Below, in pieces: positions 1-14,800 of a stretch of DNA of 64,000 bases (its first letter is position 1; each line of letters opens with the position of its first letter). The stretch spans positions 2,046,001 through 2,110,000 of the forward strand of contig JAYWIR010000024.1 in the NCBI GenBank assembly GCA_036172245.1, written 5' to 3'. Under the pieces are notes generated by a model. It ran no database searches and had not been told where the DNA came from. It worked only from the letters and a program-made list of their open reading frames with translations. Source of the stretch: Raillietiella orientalis. Taxonomy: Eukaryota. Both the position numbers and the translations under genes were made by a program.

Positions 1-1499
1 GTGCACACGTGAGGTATACCAGCATACCTCTGCACACACGAATCTGCATCTGTGCTGCACCACAACCGTGTTTTGTTACTCTTCCCAGTCCGACTCTTTC
101 CATCGACCAATCTTGCAGCTTCAGCAGCAGCTACTCTTGTGCTGCACCTTACCGCCATTCGGCTGGTTACCGGATGGACTACGGAACTTTGCCTCTTCAT
201 CCTGCTGAGGGTCCTTTTCAAAGTTGTTGCGAACGGAAGCCCAGGTTCACCACTGTCTCATACCGTGGGCAGCATCTTCTTTGTGCCCCTTCCACAATCC
301 GAAAGAACAATCAGGGCAGTCATCAGTTCGCAAGCACCGTCCCGGAAGAGAGATTCGAAAGCCCGCTCGCGGAGAGGAGTCTTTGACTACGACTTTCTGC
401 CTACCGATAAAACAGCAAATGCGAAAGAAGGAAACTGTTTGCCAATGAAGCAATCTGAAAAGCAAATTAGAAAACTCGGATTACTCCGATGTTCTTCTGA
501 TGGCATATGGGGAAAAAAGAAAGAAAGAATGATGCGAAAGTAATCTTCCTCCGCCAGAAAAAAAATAAAATGATGCCATGTTAACGAATCAAGCTTGCGG
601 AGGCTGGCCAAAGCCCTACCATGATGGAATTTTCTCCCTGACCAACATAGGAAAGAAAGTTGTTCCGTTTAATTTTCTTTAATGATACTTTGCTAAATCA
701 AACTTTGGAAAAATCGGCGTACGGATTTCTCATCTTGAATCGAATTATCGCGTATTGGATTAATAAGCGTGAAGAATGCGCTGTTTGAAAGGGCAAGAAA
801 AAAAAAAAAAACAAGAGGTGAAAACAAAGAAACCTAACTGTTTCTTAAGACCGAGATGAGGAAACAGGAAAACCTATCTGACTCTCAGGCGGGAATCACT
901 CAGATCTTCTCTTGAACTTTCTTGGATTCCCGGAAAGATGAAGAGGACTGGCTGCGGAGTCCGTTTTGACAAACGCAACGCAGAGAGAGGCAGAACAAAA
1001 TGTCAAGCAAAACGTTCAAGCACGTGTACGTGGCCCGTCCTTACTCGGACAGCTCCAGGTGCCCCCGGCGAATCGTCTAAGTGATGAGAAGCTACTGCTG
1101 CAGCGTGCTGCCAAACAGTAGGCAAAAGGATGCAACACGCAGGACGCCCACTCTGCGCTCCCTCGAGCACTCCCAGGATACGAAAACATCGTTCTAATTG
1201 CGATACATCGGAAGGATGGAGAAATCCGTCTCTGACGTAACACGAACACTCGTCTTCCATCTAGTTCCGAGAACTCCACGGTGTGAGTCATCAATAAACC
1301 ATACACAATTTCGCCAAGTCTGTAGGCTCCAGCTAGATGCACGAAGCTGCCAGCTATTTTCTGAATTCTGCCGAAACGGAATATCCCAGGTGTTCGAGTT
1401 ACAAGTGTGGGTGCTTCCGTCCAAAAACTGCTGAGCATCCTCCAGCAGATCTCTGCTCGCAGAAGAAGCGAGATTGCGTTGTAAGGAAATCAAACGACC

Positions 1500-2310
1500 G
1501 AAAGAGACGCAATCGGCCATTACAAGAGTGGACCAGAAACCAAGGCCAGAAAAGTCAAAGGTCGAAGACGAGAGCGAATGCTCCTGGATCCTGCTCCTTC
1601 TTTCTCGGGATGGGTCGCCTAGATCGTTGAAATAAACGCCCTTTTATGCAGGCAGGGGAACATAACGGTGCATGATATGCGTCGCCATGGAGTTCCTGCG
1701 TGGTTGAAAACGAAATATCGCGTTTCCCAGGCCAGTGAAAGGTGGCATCTCCAGGATTCGGCAATGTCGAGCTCTATGGAAACGGCATAGTGTTTCGCTG
1801 AAACCCAGGGGCAGCAGCTTACATTTAGAATCGCATCTCTACGCCTGGTTCTGGGGGCATTACAATAAGGGTGGAATTTCACACAACTTTCGCAATATTT
1901 CCGGAAGAGTAACGAGCAGCAGATTCTCTCACCAGTGTCTGTTTCATGATCAAAATCACCTCAATTCCAGGAGCTTCTTTCTAGGGCTTTGATGACGCCG
2001 CCAAGTTTGCATTCCCAGTCCTGAAAAAAATTTCTCCACAGGAGGTAATTCTCCCACTCTGCGGCAGATACGACTATTATGTGCATATTTGGTATCACTA
2101 TTACTGCTATTATATGCTGCACATGAACAGCCAAACTGGAATCCTGGTCGCTTGATGCTTTTCGGCAGCCTTCCCATCTATCTGGAGCAAGAAGAAGTCA
2201 ATATTTTTCCCGGGGCGAACCAGAAACGAGGGTCCTTCTAGAGATGCATAGCCGATGCAGCCAGAGGTGCTTTTGATACTCTTGTTGCTGATGATCCCTT
2301 CCTAGCTGTT
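1500..2310 (+). mobile_element. Degenerate non-LTR retrotransposon ORF2 3' remnant (L1/Tx1-like zinc-finger region)
   Basis: A broken frame near 2050-2120 reads PLCGRYDYYVHIWYHYYC, resembling the C-x2-C...H...C zf-RVT motif. Multiple stops and frameshifts; boundaries approximate. Confidence 0.3.
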
Positions 2311-2974
2311 TCCTTTTTGATTTCCTTTCTTGTTCCATTTTGCATTGGTTCTGCAGGCAGTCATGGGTTTTCACGTTCGGACTCGTTCCATTCGTTTTTG
2401 ATATGACGTCAGAATGGAGGATGCATCATGCTGCTATGCATTTTTACTCTCTTTTGAAGAGTGGAATTGGAATCGAGCTGCCTTCCCTCCCTGCAGATCC
2501 ATATTGTATACAGCACGAAAATAATTGATTGCTTTGGTCATTGCTTGCCCCCCCCCCCCCCCCCCGAAATAAAAAAAAAAACCATCCCTGTCATAATGAC
2601 TTCCCGAATTCACCTTTGTCCGTTCTTTGCCTCTCGTTCCTTCTTTGCAACACCAATGCGTTCTTATTCGCGTGGCTTGTGAAATTCACGTCTGACGAAG
2701 TGAAGGGGTGATGGACGAGGCATGTGGTTTTGTTATCAGCGGATTTCCCTCTTTGCTCGGTCTCTCCGCTCCTCACTTTCCTTTCGGTTGTTCCGGGTTG
2801 AGCCGCTTTTCTTTTCTTTTCCTTTTTTTTTTTTTTTAATCAGGTCGGAACCCAGAGGGCGAGATTTGCGTCCCGAGGAACCCGGTGCGAACCCGGCGGG
2901 AGAGGAACACGTCTGTACACGTTCACACGAAACCGGGGAAGAATCAAGTGGGCTCGCCACGCTTGAGGAAACGT

Positions 2975-2995
2975 GCTGCTGCTGCTGCTGCTGCT
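2975..2995 (+). repeat. (GCT)n microsatellite
   Basis: gctgctgctgctgctgctgct seen directly. Confidence 0.9.
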
Positions 2996-3331
2996 CTCAG
3001 GAGCACGCCGTTTTCACGGGCAGAAGATTCGAAAATTGCTGGCTTTGTCCCGAAGGAGGGCTGCTCGGCTGGCAGTGCGTTGCATGCTGGCGGAGGTTTT
3101 GCATCGCCATTTGCATTACACGTACGCGGCTTCGTTTTACGAATTCATTAATTTAATTTCTATCGAAAAACAAAAACAAAATTGCCTTTCTTCGGGGAAT
3201 CATCTGACGGATGAGGCATGCAGTAGCGTCGGTGATGGCTTTACTCTTTATGGTGCATTTGAGCTGTTTACCATTTTGCTGTGTACAATTTTGAAACCAC
3301 TTTAAAATGATCTGCACGTACCTTCGTTGCC

Positions 3332-3380
3332 AAAAAAAAAAAAAAAAAGGAAAGAAAGAAAGAAAGAAAGAAAGAAAAAA
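3332..3380 (+). repeat. Poly(A) plus (AAAG)n simple repeat
   Basis: An A-run followed by aaagaaagaaagaaagaaagaaagaaaaaa. Confidence 0.85.
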
Positions 3381-5199
3381 GTCACGTATTGCGTGATACC
3401 CACATGTTGTAACGTCATTATTTGCACAGTTCTGATACTCCTTGTACCCAAGCAGTGTGTATGAAAATAAAGGAAATGCTATACAGTGCATGAATCATGC
3501 TACATAAAATAATCATGTTAATAATTATAAGCGATGGACACTTGAGAATCTACGAGACGTCATTGTACTTAATTACTCTTCATCCTCTACTTGATGAAAG
3601 TAGAAGACGAGTGCGTCTTGCTGGACCTCAGTGCTCGAGTTGCTCCACAAACAAACTGGTTGTTCCCGATAACGCACTCACCTTTTCAGGTGCACTTGTT
3701 TGCTTATTCCAAATTCTACGTGCCATAAAAAAAAAAAAAAAAAAAAGGATCGAAAAACCAGCGGAAAGCTCTTAAATGCTTCGAGTGGGAACGGAAAAAA
3801 CAGACGATCCCCTCTGGTAAAATCCCAAAACCCAGGAAGGAGAAACTCACAACTCTCTTTACCTAGCACAAGTGATTTTGCTCCTCTCTTCACTTTCCCA
3901 AAAGACTCGGAAGGTTCCTTTAACGGCGACGATCGCCCTGATATATTTTTCCTCGAATCTGCAGCATCATGAGCTCGAGAGTCGGAACTGAGGAGGACCC
4001 TGTGTTGCCTTTAGCGGTGGTCACTTCTAGCTCTCCGTTTTCGTTCGCGTGCTCCGATTGCCCTGAGGTGCCGAGCGTCAGAGCAAGATCCGAGTCATCA
4101 CGCGCGAAGTCCCGAGCTGAGATCTGCAAATGAAATGTAGCTGTGCCATCTAGGGATAACCGCACCTTCCATATAAGGCAGAAATAGGAGGCGGCTTGTT
4201 TCTTCAGCTGGTGTTTCCTCTATGCTTGTGTTTTTAGAGCTCCTTAGTTAATAAAAACTGCCAAGTGATGTAATCTGCGTGTCTTCCTGCGTACTTGGAT
4301 TCCGAGAAGCAAGGCACCAGGAAGACAAAAACTTATCCGTGAAGATATTCAGATTTCGTTGGACTCCTTCACCGGTGATCCCACTGCAAGATTACGATAT
4401 GGATGGTCTCTGGAATCCAAAATTACACACACACGTATACATCCTGGGTTGACAAAAAGAATTTTACTTGCTGATCCGAAAAAAAAAAAGAGAATTTTTT
4501 TTTCTTTATTTCTTTCTCATGCCTTGTCAGCCTTCTAAGAAACACCACCACCACAAATACCTCGAACTCGCATTTATTTGGGATTCTAAAACGCATCCAG
4601 TATACAGCTCAGCTTTTCCTCAAGTAGCAAGTTGATGCCTTTAAGATTACGAGGCGAGTCCTCGAGTCAAATCATTACACTAAGTGAAATCGTTATTCAG
4701 GAAGAGCTCACGAGAGGAGAAACGTTTCCCACCTGTTGCATGGGTGGGCATCCATTCTTTTCGATGATGGGATGCCCGTCCGTGCAATTCGAAATCGGAG
4801 TGCACGGAGACGCGTTATCGTTTTTCCACGTTTCGGTCAGAATAACCGCACTTTGGAAAGCTTCGAATTGTGCTTCATCCTCATCTCGCGATTTCGGTGA
4901 TGGGATGCATCATTGCTACCACCGAAACGTTAGATTTCTCCTCTTGCAGGGAAAAGCGACCGAAACACACTGAAAGCTTCGGAATCCCTTTTTTTTTTTT
5001 CTTTCTTTCTTTGTTTTTCACCGGTGCAGATGCAGATCCAGTGTTCATTCCCTGAAAATTAAAAATGAGAAATTCACGTGTGTTCGGTCGAAATTCCCGG
5101 AGGTTCCTCTCTCTGCGCCTCCGATCGGGAACCGTACGTCACGCCGCTGCATTGCTTGTGAAGCATCACCTAGCTGAGGGGGGAAGATCAGATTTCATC

Positions 5200-6850
5200 G
5201 ATCATTAATCCTGAAAGAAAATAATCGGCCGACGTCTGCTTCCGTTGCAAAAATAAAGCGGAAATCGTAATTGCATCTTCGGAACGAATCCGTTTCCCAG
5301 GATGCATGGAAAACAGGTGATGAGGACGGCGATTTTGCAAATTTCCGCTTTGGCGCGACCGGGGAATAAAAGATTCCCGGGACAATGGGGAAAAAAGCAC
5401 TTTCAAAGGATCGCTCTTTGGCAAAGAGTTTGGCCCCTCTGCGTTTCTCTGTTTTCCGAGCCTGGAAACCGAACCAGCATCCAAAATTTTTTCATTCGTG
5501 CAGCACCACCTTCTGCGTTGGCCTTTTTGGATTGCTTCCTCACGGAAAGCAACCGAATTGGGTGTTCCACGCGACCTTCCGCTGGGGCGGCTGAGTTTGT
5601 TAAGATCTTTGTTATCGGCGGCTGAAGATACAGAATGCCGTTTTCGAAGAACGCATCCTCCGCCCAAATGGAAGAATGAGCTTCGACTCGGAATGATCGT
5701 ATTGAAACTTGCGATTGTACTTTCTCGCTGGGAAATGGACCAAGTCTAAAGAGACCTCGATCCAAACCACGGATTCTCGAAACACCATGTTTTTCAGCTT
5801 GGTGCTGCTAAACAACCGAAAGTAAAAAGCTCCAGCAATGCCTTCTCGAAGAATCCCAAAAGAATAAGAATCGGATCGCAGTCGTGAGGAACAAATTCAA
5901 GGAATACACACACACATTCTGTTGATCTCCAGAACAAGAACTTTTCCAATCGATGAAAAGTGCGCCGTCGACGGTAAATGACCATTAAATTTGCAAGTGA
6001 GTGCATCCAGGATTCCGATAACACCTTCCCGGGCAACTTCGCATCCTAAAGAATCCAATTTTCCAGCACGGGAACGCAGTCCAGGTAAACTTCACATCCC
6101 GCGAGACTCCTGGGAAGTTTGCTGGGCAAGGAAGCGACACAGGGAGTAGTTGGACGGCAAGATGTGGCCAGGCTCCCTCTCGCATGTAGGCGAGGTGCAC
6201 ATCCCAGCAAGAACCCAAGATTGTGGTCCGCGATTATCACCACCGACCACAACACCATGAGGGGCAAATTCACCTCCAGTGTCTGGAGGGGTGGCAAGCG
6301 AAAAGACATTAAAAGGAAGGGAGATCGTTCGTCCAACTGCTGCACGTCTTCAACCACTTCAACCAAGAGACGCGAATGCCCTACTGTGGTGCATCGAAAC
6401 GGCAACTCTTGGGCAGCGTACGCTGTTTGCTTGCATCCCAGGAGTGGCCAGTCCACTTCTAGTGGAACCAGTGCTAAGGAAGGACAACCAGAGAATCATC
6501 CTGGACCTGTGCTGTTCCTTTCGAAAATGCGTAGTCAGAGTTCAGGAAAACACTCGTGGACAAGGAAAGCAAACATCTAGAGGTAGATTTTATCTCGACC
6601 TCCGCTGAAGTTCAATGCGAGCAAGCAATGCCTCGGACACTGGTATCCCAGCAACGATCAAGTCCCGAGGAGTTGGGAATTCCTCCTCTGCGCGCTGATC
6701 AGATGCGGTGTCTGATGGTGTCTTCGAACACTGAATGCAGAGGGGCATCTACTGCATACGCCGACTTGGCCATCCACCCACCAGTTCAAGGAATGGACTA
6801 GCATCGTGATGTCCTGTAGGAAGCTATTCCAGCTTCTCAATCTGAATCGC
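5200..6850 (+). mobile_element. Degenerate L1/Tx1-like ORF2 remnant
   Basis: Fragments such as GKFTSSVWRGGKR (post-RT F-x-W-x-G motif) and a terminal Cys/His cluster near 6700-6770 (CGV*WCLRTLNAEGHLLH). Heavily frameshifted. Confidence 0.35.
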
Positions 6851-7779
6851 TGAAAGTAACATCGGCACCTTAGCCGTCGTTCTCCGTCACTTAGTCAGGA
6901 GAGCCAGATTTGCCAGTTTTAAGCAGGAGTGTGGAAAAACTATTTTGAAATAAAAGGCTAATAGCATTTATAAAATGAATTCCCTCGCCCTTCCCCCCCC
7001 CCCCCAAATTAATCAGTTGTGTGATAAACAAGGCGCCACAAATTCTTCAGAGCCCTTATTTTTTGTTATTTGCTTTCAGCTTACCGTAAACTCATGGCAT
7101 AGAATGAGATGAGAGTATTTACTTAACAGTCCGTGATCTATTGCATAAATCAAACAAGGAAAATTTCTGTGTTGTGGTTAGTCTACAAGACAGATAAGCT
7201 TGAGGTGTGAGGCTGTTTAGCCTTATCTAGGAAGCTACGGGAATTCACAATCCAAAAATTTACCACTGCCCTAGGGACATGGGAAAACTATTTCGAATTG
7301 TGTTCCTTGCAATCGTTAATAATCCTAAGATTCCGTATCCGCTCCTTTTTTGCTACACCCAATGAATATGAGTTTACTGTATCTTAGGATTCCCTTTCAA
7401 TTAACTCTCTCTTTGATATGAACTCCTTTGAATTGTGGAATCACTGCATCAAAAGTTCCCAATAGCTTGATTTGCTATCTACTTTCTATTGACGAGAACG
7501 CGGTGGGTACGTCTGAGAATGAACGGCATCATCGTAAGATGTGATTTCGTCATTTGCCTCCAAATGATTCTTTACACAATAGAGCACTCAATTCCCGGCT
7601 CGATATGTGGATGAAATCTCTGTACTTACGTTCCAATAAATAGGGAAAGCAAAAAAAAAAAGGTCCGTTCTCCATGATGACCTTTATTTGATTTTATCTT
7701 GAAAGCATTTCGTGAGCAAGCATTTCATAATCTGATATCTACAGAGCATAAAATTATTTTCGTCCTCTACCGTTCCGTT

Positions 7780-8300
7780 GTGGATGTTAACCGAATTGGG
7801 CATAAGTGGTAAAGGCACCATAAAAGAGGGAAGTTGCTTTCCAAGGCAGATTTTTCAAGAGAATACAAAAGCGGCACTTTTGTTAACGAAGTCGTGTATT
7901 CGTGGTACACATATTCCTTCCATTGGCTGTTCGAATCCTCCTATCCACTGTTCCTTTTCCTTAGTTTTGGAGATTCTGCTATCGAACGCAGTAAAATTCT
8001 TGGTCTTTCAGTCGTGGCTGCTGGAAAGTTTCTGCGGTCCGTGCAACTTTAGCGCCTTGTCTTCCCGACGCGTGTTATGAGGATGTGGTGGATGTCCTTC
8101 GTGTTTTCACCGCCGCTCAACACATGTTCTCAGGGAATCACTACACCTTCCTGTGTTCTGCCGGTGTGGCCAGTTGTCCTCAGCATTATGCCCGCAGCAG
8201 TAGCATCGATAATGAATGCAGCCGAACCCTCAGAAAAAGAGCAAAGGTACCTTTCTCGACTCTTTGAACGCATCCTCATCATCGATGAACATAATACTAA
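7780..8300 (+). mobile_element. Possible non-LTR ORF2 C-terminal remnant
   Basis: A Cys/His cluster at about 8080-8170 (GCGGCPSCFHRRSTHV / NTCSQG..PVWPVVLSI) resembles zf-RVT. No intact frame. Confidence 0.25.
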
Positions 8301-9999
8301 GTGATTACACATCATTCAAGTGCTTCGTTTGAGCAAATGGTGAGAAATCCATTGTACCTAATCTATGTACCTATCCATATACCTATACCTAATACTGCCT
8401 TCCCAGAGAATGATGATCCCTAAATAACAAAACCTGATGCCAGGTAGACACGTATGAAATTCACTTGTATCAACTCTGAACACAAAAATAGGGTAGATAA
8501 GACATTTCTCGTGTTCATCTGAAGATCCTCAAATAAAGCATCCTTGCACTGACTTCGAATGAGAAGAAGCCTTCGTGAAACTGATGGAATTTGCTTTTGT
8601 TGCAGATTGCTGTGGTATCTCGTTTCTGCCCATTTCCGGTTTTTTCTTTTCCATCACATCTCTTGGATGATGTCCTTTATGATGAGACGAATCATAGGGT
8701 TTCCTAGCAATCTTTTTTTTTTTGTTTTGTTTCCAAAAAGCATTTCACTTTTATAGATGAGTACACTTATGGGTGTACACAAATCTTCTGAACACATCTG
8801 ATCCTACCTGTTCTTCATATTATAACCAAAAAAGCATTTTTCTTAAACCAAAAGTTCTATATATTGATTAGGAAGTCCCATATTTAATTAGTGACTCACT
8901 TTTTGTTTTTCCTATAACTTTCGATTCATAGATTTTCTTGTGCGATTCTTAGATTTGATTATCAAGGCGTAAAATGATTTTTTTCTCAGTCTAAGTGGGT
9001 ATCTCTTAATTATCCGATGATTTGTGTAACTGGTTTATTTCTCAGTTTATAAAGAAGAATCTCGGAAGTCGTCTTACTCTGTATCTGGTTTCAGCTTTTA
9101 CTTCCAGTAAGTGTTTGGAAACATCTTATTGAATATATATGTGTATGGTACGCCAAGACGTATTCTTAACGTTTGACAGGTCAGTAGTGACCAACGAACA
9201 GCAATGCCTGATTCTTGAAGGAAATGCAGATCCATGATTTAGCAACACAACATAGTAATCAATTAATTTGGGACTGAAAGTCATTCATTTGACAAGCCAG
9301 CTTTCAATCTCAACAACATGTTCATATAATGCATCGCTTCTATTCCCATTCTATTGGGGATTTCGTTCTACAAGCATCCTTTCTCACACAAATGAATGCA
9401 TCATTTTGCATTGACAAATATTTCCCATTTGTACTCACCTTTCTCTCTATACAACTAAACACCTTCCCAAGGGCTTCAAGCTTTTGCACATACTATCGTG
9501 TCAACAAAAATAGATTAAAGAAAATAAGATCTATAATCCGATGGAGAACCAACGTCTCCATAATGGGAATTTTAGATGAGGTTTGAGGCGGTAGTCAAAC
9601 TACGGAAAGATAACCATGAAGATCCAAAGGCACACACGTTGGAACTTGTGAACGAAGCTTCCACAGTATTAAAAATATAGAGTATTGCAATAGCCGGGAT
9701 CAGTTGCCAAGTTGCCTTCTGTGTTGTTAAGTGCATTTCTTTACGGAGTCAGGGCGCAAACCAGAAGAATGTTGTCGAGGTAGCTTATCAAGTTTACTTA
9801 GTGTGATCACGAAAATGAAGCATGAAGATGGGAAAACCTGCTGCCACTGCTCACAAGACTCAGATGTAGGATTTGGTCTCTGAAAATACGATGACAAGCT
9901 TTCGAAGGAAACTTTCATTGGATCAGAGAGCACTCGAAACCGGACAGAGTTCGTACACCACGTGAAATACCCTGCAATGTAACAACTGTGAGAATAGAT

Positions 10000-10600
10000 G
10001 AAGGGAAGCATAAATGCTTCGTCGTTTCGTTTTTCCTGATTCTTCCTCTGACAAGAAGATTTTGATCTGAGCAGACTTCAGCAAAGCGGAACATCATAGG
10101 AAAGCATGTGTTTCCTGTGATGTCTTGGTGAAATCGACCACATGGTTGGGATACAAACAGAGCAAAGCAGTTCCTGAAGGCAGAAAACAGAAACAACTGG
10201 ATCTGCGTTTTCTGAGGCAAATCAAAAATTTACAAACCGATTTTTCCCCAGACGGATTATTAGGAGAGTGCCATACCGGGCAGAAGCTGGAAAACCCATC
10301 TGCGAGTGCACGAAGAAGTGAATCCAGGAAGTGGATGTTGCGTGACCCCGAGTTTCCAGTTTTTATCGGGAAGAAGTGCGAGGTGCCACCCGTGCACCAG
10401 CACTGAGCCTTCATTTTTCCCCCTTCGTGAAAGGTCACATAGAGGGTTCCAGGCTTCCTGGAAGACAAGAAGGAAAATGCAAGCAAACCGGCGGCGGTTC
10501 TGTCGGAGGCGAGATCAGCAGGACAGGAACCACGGGAACATCCGGAATGCCATTTCGTGTTTCGAGGAGCGGTTGCGGAAGTAGCAGGAAGGCATCCCAG
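10000..10600 (+). mobile_element. Degenerate non-LTR reverse transcriptase fragment
   Basis: YKPIFPQTDY at about 10230-10260 resembles NYRPISLLNxDYK; VTPSFQFLSGRS resembles VxPxQxGFxxGRS of L1-type RT. Confidence 0.4.
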
Positions 10601-11399
10601 TGTTTGCACTTCAGTTGCATCCGTGGCGTCTGGAATGTGTTTTTTTATTTTTTTTTTTTCCGCACCTTCGCGGCTCGGAAAATTAAGCCGGCGATTACAA
10701 AAGGGAAAACGAAATTTTCTTTTTTTACCCTCTTCCACATGAAAAAACGACGTTGCGTCGTGTTTCTTATTTTTATTCGGAAAGCATGCCGCCGGCGCCA
10801 GGCTAGGGATCGGAAAAGTCTCCCATTCGATATTTTCGTATCTGTGTACACATGTACCGAAATGCAGCAAGCAGAGTGTTGAATGGGACAGCATTCCCAT
10901 CACAATCATGAGTGGTACTCATCCGACCCGGGTTCATTGTGTTCACCGCATAATAAAAAAAAAAAAAAAAAAAAAAAAGGGAAGAAAGAAATGATCGTGG
11001 GTGTGTTTGTGTTCTGCGGTTTTCGTACTCTTCTCCTCCGCCAATGGGACAAACACGTAGGCCTACACGTAGAAGTTTCGAAAACGAGAGTACGGTGGCG
11101 TACAGTGTGCACATGTGAACTGGTACGTGCCGTTGTGATGCTCGGTGCTGAAAAATCCTTATAAACGGAAGAGTTCCTTTAGATTCGTGTACAGTCGTGA
11201 GAAATGGTGTATCGTGTGTGATGCATTTTCTGTTACACATCTGGAAGGTGTCATATTTCAACGTACACAGTAAGATAACCGAGAAGGTATCGGAAAAGAT
11301 AATTGAGAGGGAAACGTGTCCTTTCCAATCTTGCTCACGTAACGTCCTTCTTAACTAAAAACGAGCCTACTTAGCGTGTAAAGGAGAAAACAAAAACAC

Positions 11400-11800
11400 C
11401 ATCAGTCCTTTTTCCCCGCTGCTTTTATTTTTTTCCAACCTGCATTTTGCCCGAAGTTTGTAGGTGGCTTTTGCGAGCGCGAGGCGGCCTGTGTTGACGG
11501 CGGTGGAAAATGGCAGTATTTTGTTTCAGCAAGTTCTCGAAAATTTGCCTTTTGAAATGAAACATTAGATTAAGTTCATGTTCCCGATTTGAAGTGTCCG
11601 ATCCTGTTTTAAAGCCGACACGGCCTATCCTGTGTCGTTTATCATTCCACAACCCGCGGTTTTTCCGCCCTGGGCGCAGTGTGTCAATTTACGGTGTTGT
11701 TTATTTGGATTTTTTTCTTTATGAAATCATCCGTTTGCATAGTGCACGATTATGTGTAAATCCTTAAACATGGAATAAGTAAGTACGAAGGTAACTTTCC
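11400..11800 (+). promoter_or_regulatory. Candidate promoter / non-coding first exon of diaphanous
   Basis: A CpG-rich patch (gcgagcgcgaggcggcc) ending in donor-like sites (gtaagt 11779, gtaact 11791), right where the DNA switches to the CpG-poor, AT-rich composition that continues through diaphanous. Inference only. Confidence 0.3.
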
Positions 11801-14800
11801 AACAAAAAAAAAAAAGTCCAGGTGAACTCACACTTTTGTTTTTTTTTTTTTTTAAACATCATCACATCAACAGTAAGAAAGTCATGCAAGTTTTTTGCTT
11901 AATATACTTGCATCCCAGCCTAGCTTGAGTATATGGATAGTTGTTTTAAACGTAATTAAGCAATCTGACGAAAAGCTCTCGTACGCAAACAAAAATTCTG
12001 TGTTGTGTACATTATGTATTATCAGGTTATACCGATGAAATGAATTCATTCAATAGTCTTCATTCATTTTAGAAAAATGCCATGAAAGTATGCCATTTTG
12101 TAGCAAATAGCAATGTATTTTATTGTGGGATAACACCAAGAATAGGATTAATCTAAGAGTAAATAACCAGCAGTCTAGACTGGATATGAATTGATCATTC
12201 AGGCAGTTACAATATGCATTTTGGGACAGCAGAGTTATAAGAAATACTGAATCTACAAAGCTGCTTGTGTGGCACAGTTTCTTAGAACTTTCGTACGTTT
12301 TCATTTCAGAAGTTCGGAAGTATTTTTTATGTGGATATCTTTTTGTACCTCTTCATATTCAAGGTATTTTCCATAAAATCCGTTTAGGTTTAAATAAATG
12401 GAATAGTGTGTCTGTAAGAAGTTGTCACGGTAGTCTAGAAATGGTAAGGAATGCTGCAGAAATGCAATAAGACTGTTCATTTGAATGTATTAAAAATTGA
12501 AAAATTGTCCTGTTAAAAATAAAATCCTTAGTAAAAAAAAATAAAATGTTGGGCATTTTATTCAATAGAAATGATTACCTTGAACTACAAGAATTTGGAA
12601 TACGATACAAAACATAAAGTTGTTTTAAAATGATAGTCAAGTTTCTGTAGGAAAGTATTCATTCACATATGCTCCCATGTTAGTAATGGTTTATTGTTGT
12701 ACAGATCACTAATTTTAATTTCCTCTTTCAACTATTCAACTTATAAATTTGATCAAGGTTTTGCGTAAGTATGCAAACATATTCCATCCTCAAGTATTTG
12801 AAGTTTTCATTTAATAAGAATTGACATTTAATTTATGAACATTATTTGCAGAAGTTCAGCATAACTCTTTGGAAGAAAGCCTAACACACTCATAGGTCAT
12901 GTTTGTAACTTATACAAAGAAACATGAGAATATGTGAGAAATACATTTACACACGTATGGGTTTTCAAAAAATAAAATTTAATTTTAACAAATAGAAAAT
13001 AAAAAAAGGAAATAATACAATATAGTTTCCTCCTTTAGTATGTTTCTCTGGTATAATTAAAAATAATATGAGACGTTTGGTGATGTCATTCTAATGATAT
13101 AGAGTAGGAATTTTCGGACTGATCAGGTCAAAAAATGAAGTGTTAGTGTTAAGGGATTTTTTTCTCCTTCTAACTTGTCCAAGCAGCTGCTGAAATGAAA
13201 TAATTTTTTGCATGAGCATAGTGTCCAGCAATCCATTGTGGAAACTTCATGAGAAGTGAAAAAAAGCAAAAAAAAAATTAATCTACCTTTCCAGTGTGGT
13301 CTTTTAATTCTGTAAAATAATTTTTGAATTATGAAGGCTTGCTATTTTCATTTTTTGTTTCTCTAAAGATGGGTTGAATAACTGATTGTTAACATGGATG
13401 GAAAGCAATATTTGTATAATCTCTGAAATGTATTTGTGATTGAAAGAATGAATGTTGTTTTGAGGCAGTTGTTCGGATATAGTCGATTTCAAGATACTCA
13501 TAATACATTTGTTTTTTTCCTTTTGCAGGATAGCTTTGAGGTTCAGTTTTTGAGTAATACGTTGTAATATATTTCCACAGAAAATTATTTTAATGTGATC
13601 AAACATTACTAGAGAAAATGGTTGATAAAGTGAATACACTGAAAATTCCAAAATCAGACAAAGGGAGAAGTGCCAGTTTTGTATGTATAGTTTATTATTT
13701 ATATGTTCTTTCTTTTTGAATTTTGTATTTAGTTTAATTGAAATACTTTAACAATTCTACTCTTCAATAAAATATCCAAGTAACTGTCAGTGCTTACTTA
13801 TTATTTGGTGACAGTTTATTGTGCTAATGCTTAATCATTATATCTAATGAATTGGTACATTCCTACTTTCATGCCAGTGTCAGCAAATTTTTTGTATTTT
13901 ACTATCAATCTTAAGTTTTTCAATAAAAGTTCATTAGCAACTTTGCATAAAGTGAATTATTCAAGACATGTATGAGCTTTGTTGATTTGAGTTGTAATTT
14001 TATCCCAGAGTGTTCGATGGAAATAACACACTGATTGATGAGTAGTTTAAAGGTAATTATGCGCTAGATTTGGTTTTAAATCAGAGCAATCTTTGCCAAT
14101 AAAGTTAACTTTGAATTGAAAACAATACATGATTGTTCAGAAGTTTAAAAAAGACCAAGAAGCCTAATATATTTGATGGTTGACCAAAATGCTCTGCCTT
14201 CATGATAAACAATCAGTGAAGCTAAATTCTAGCACTCACACAAAATTGTTTGTTTCTAATTTACATTGTCAATTTTAGCAGTATGATTTCATATTTATTA
14301 GCAAAAATTGTTTCTATAAGGAACACTCCATTTGAAACATTTTGTGTATGAATTTCTCAATTTAAAATTTGGTACAGTAAATATTTGTCTCTCAGTTTTC
14401 ATGTTGTTTTTTCATTGAAACATTCCTTACTTCCTTTATTATTAGATAAAACTTGTAAATACTGATAAATGTGCTTGCATTTTGCACAATCTTAGGAACA
14501 TATATTAATATCAACATGCTGTTAATCCATCATATTATGATATTTTAGAATCAAACCAATTTGTTTTACTGATGAAGTACTTATTAGTAGCATTGTTGCA
14601 TGCACTACATATGGCATCATATTTCCTGTTCAGAGTTAGCATACAGGTTTGCATGATCAGTGGATGACTACTTAAAAAGTTAAAGTTGTACAGTATATAC
14701 AGTTACTTTGGCTTTACTTTGCTGATGCCTTCATATAATAACAAAGAAATCATTCAAGAACCAAAAACCCATTTATGATTAATTATGCGTATTGATTGCT

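Noticed and set aside
1..400. Possible MULE/FLYWCH transposase fragment on the minus strand (LPFATTLKRTLSRMKRQ)
   Set aside because: One short motif with stops nearby; not enough support.
9047..9106. Isolated exon-like segment between ttctcag and gtaagt
   Set aside because: Good splice signals, but no recognisable protein and no partner exons could be linked.
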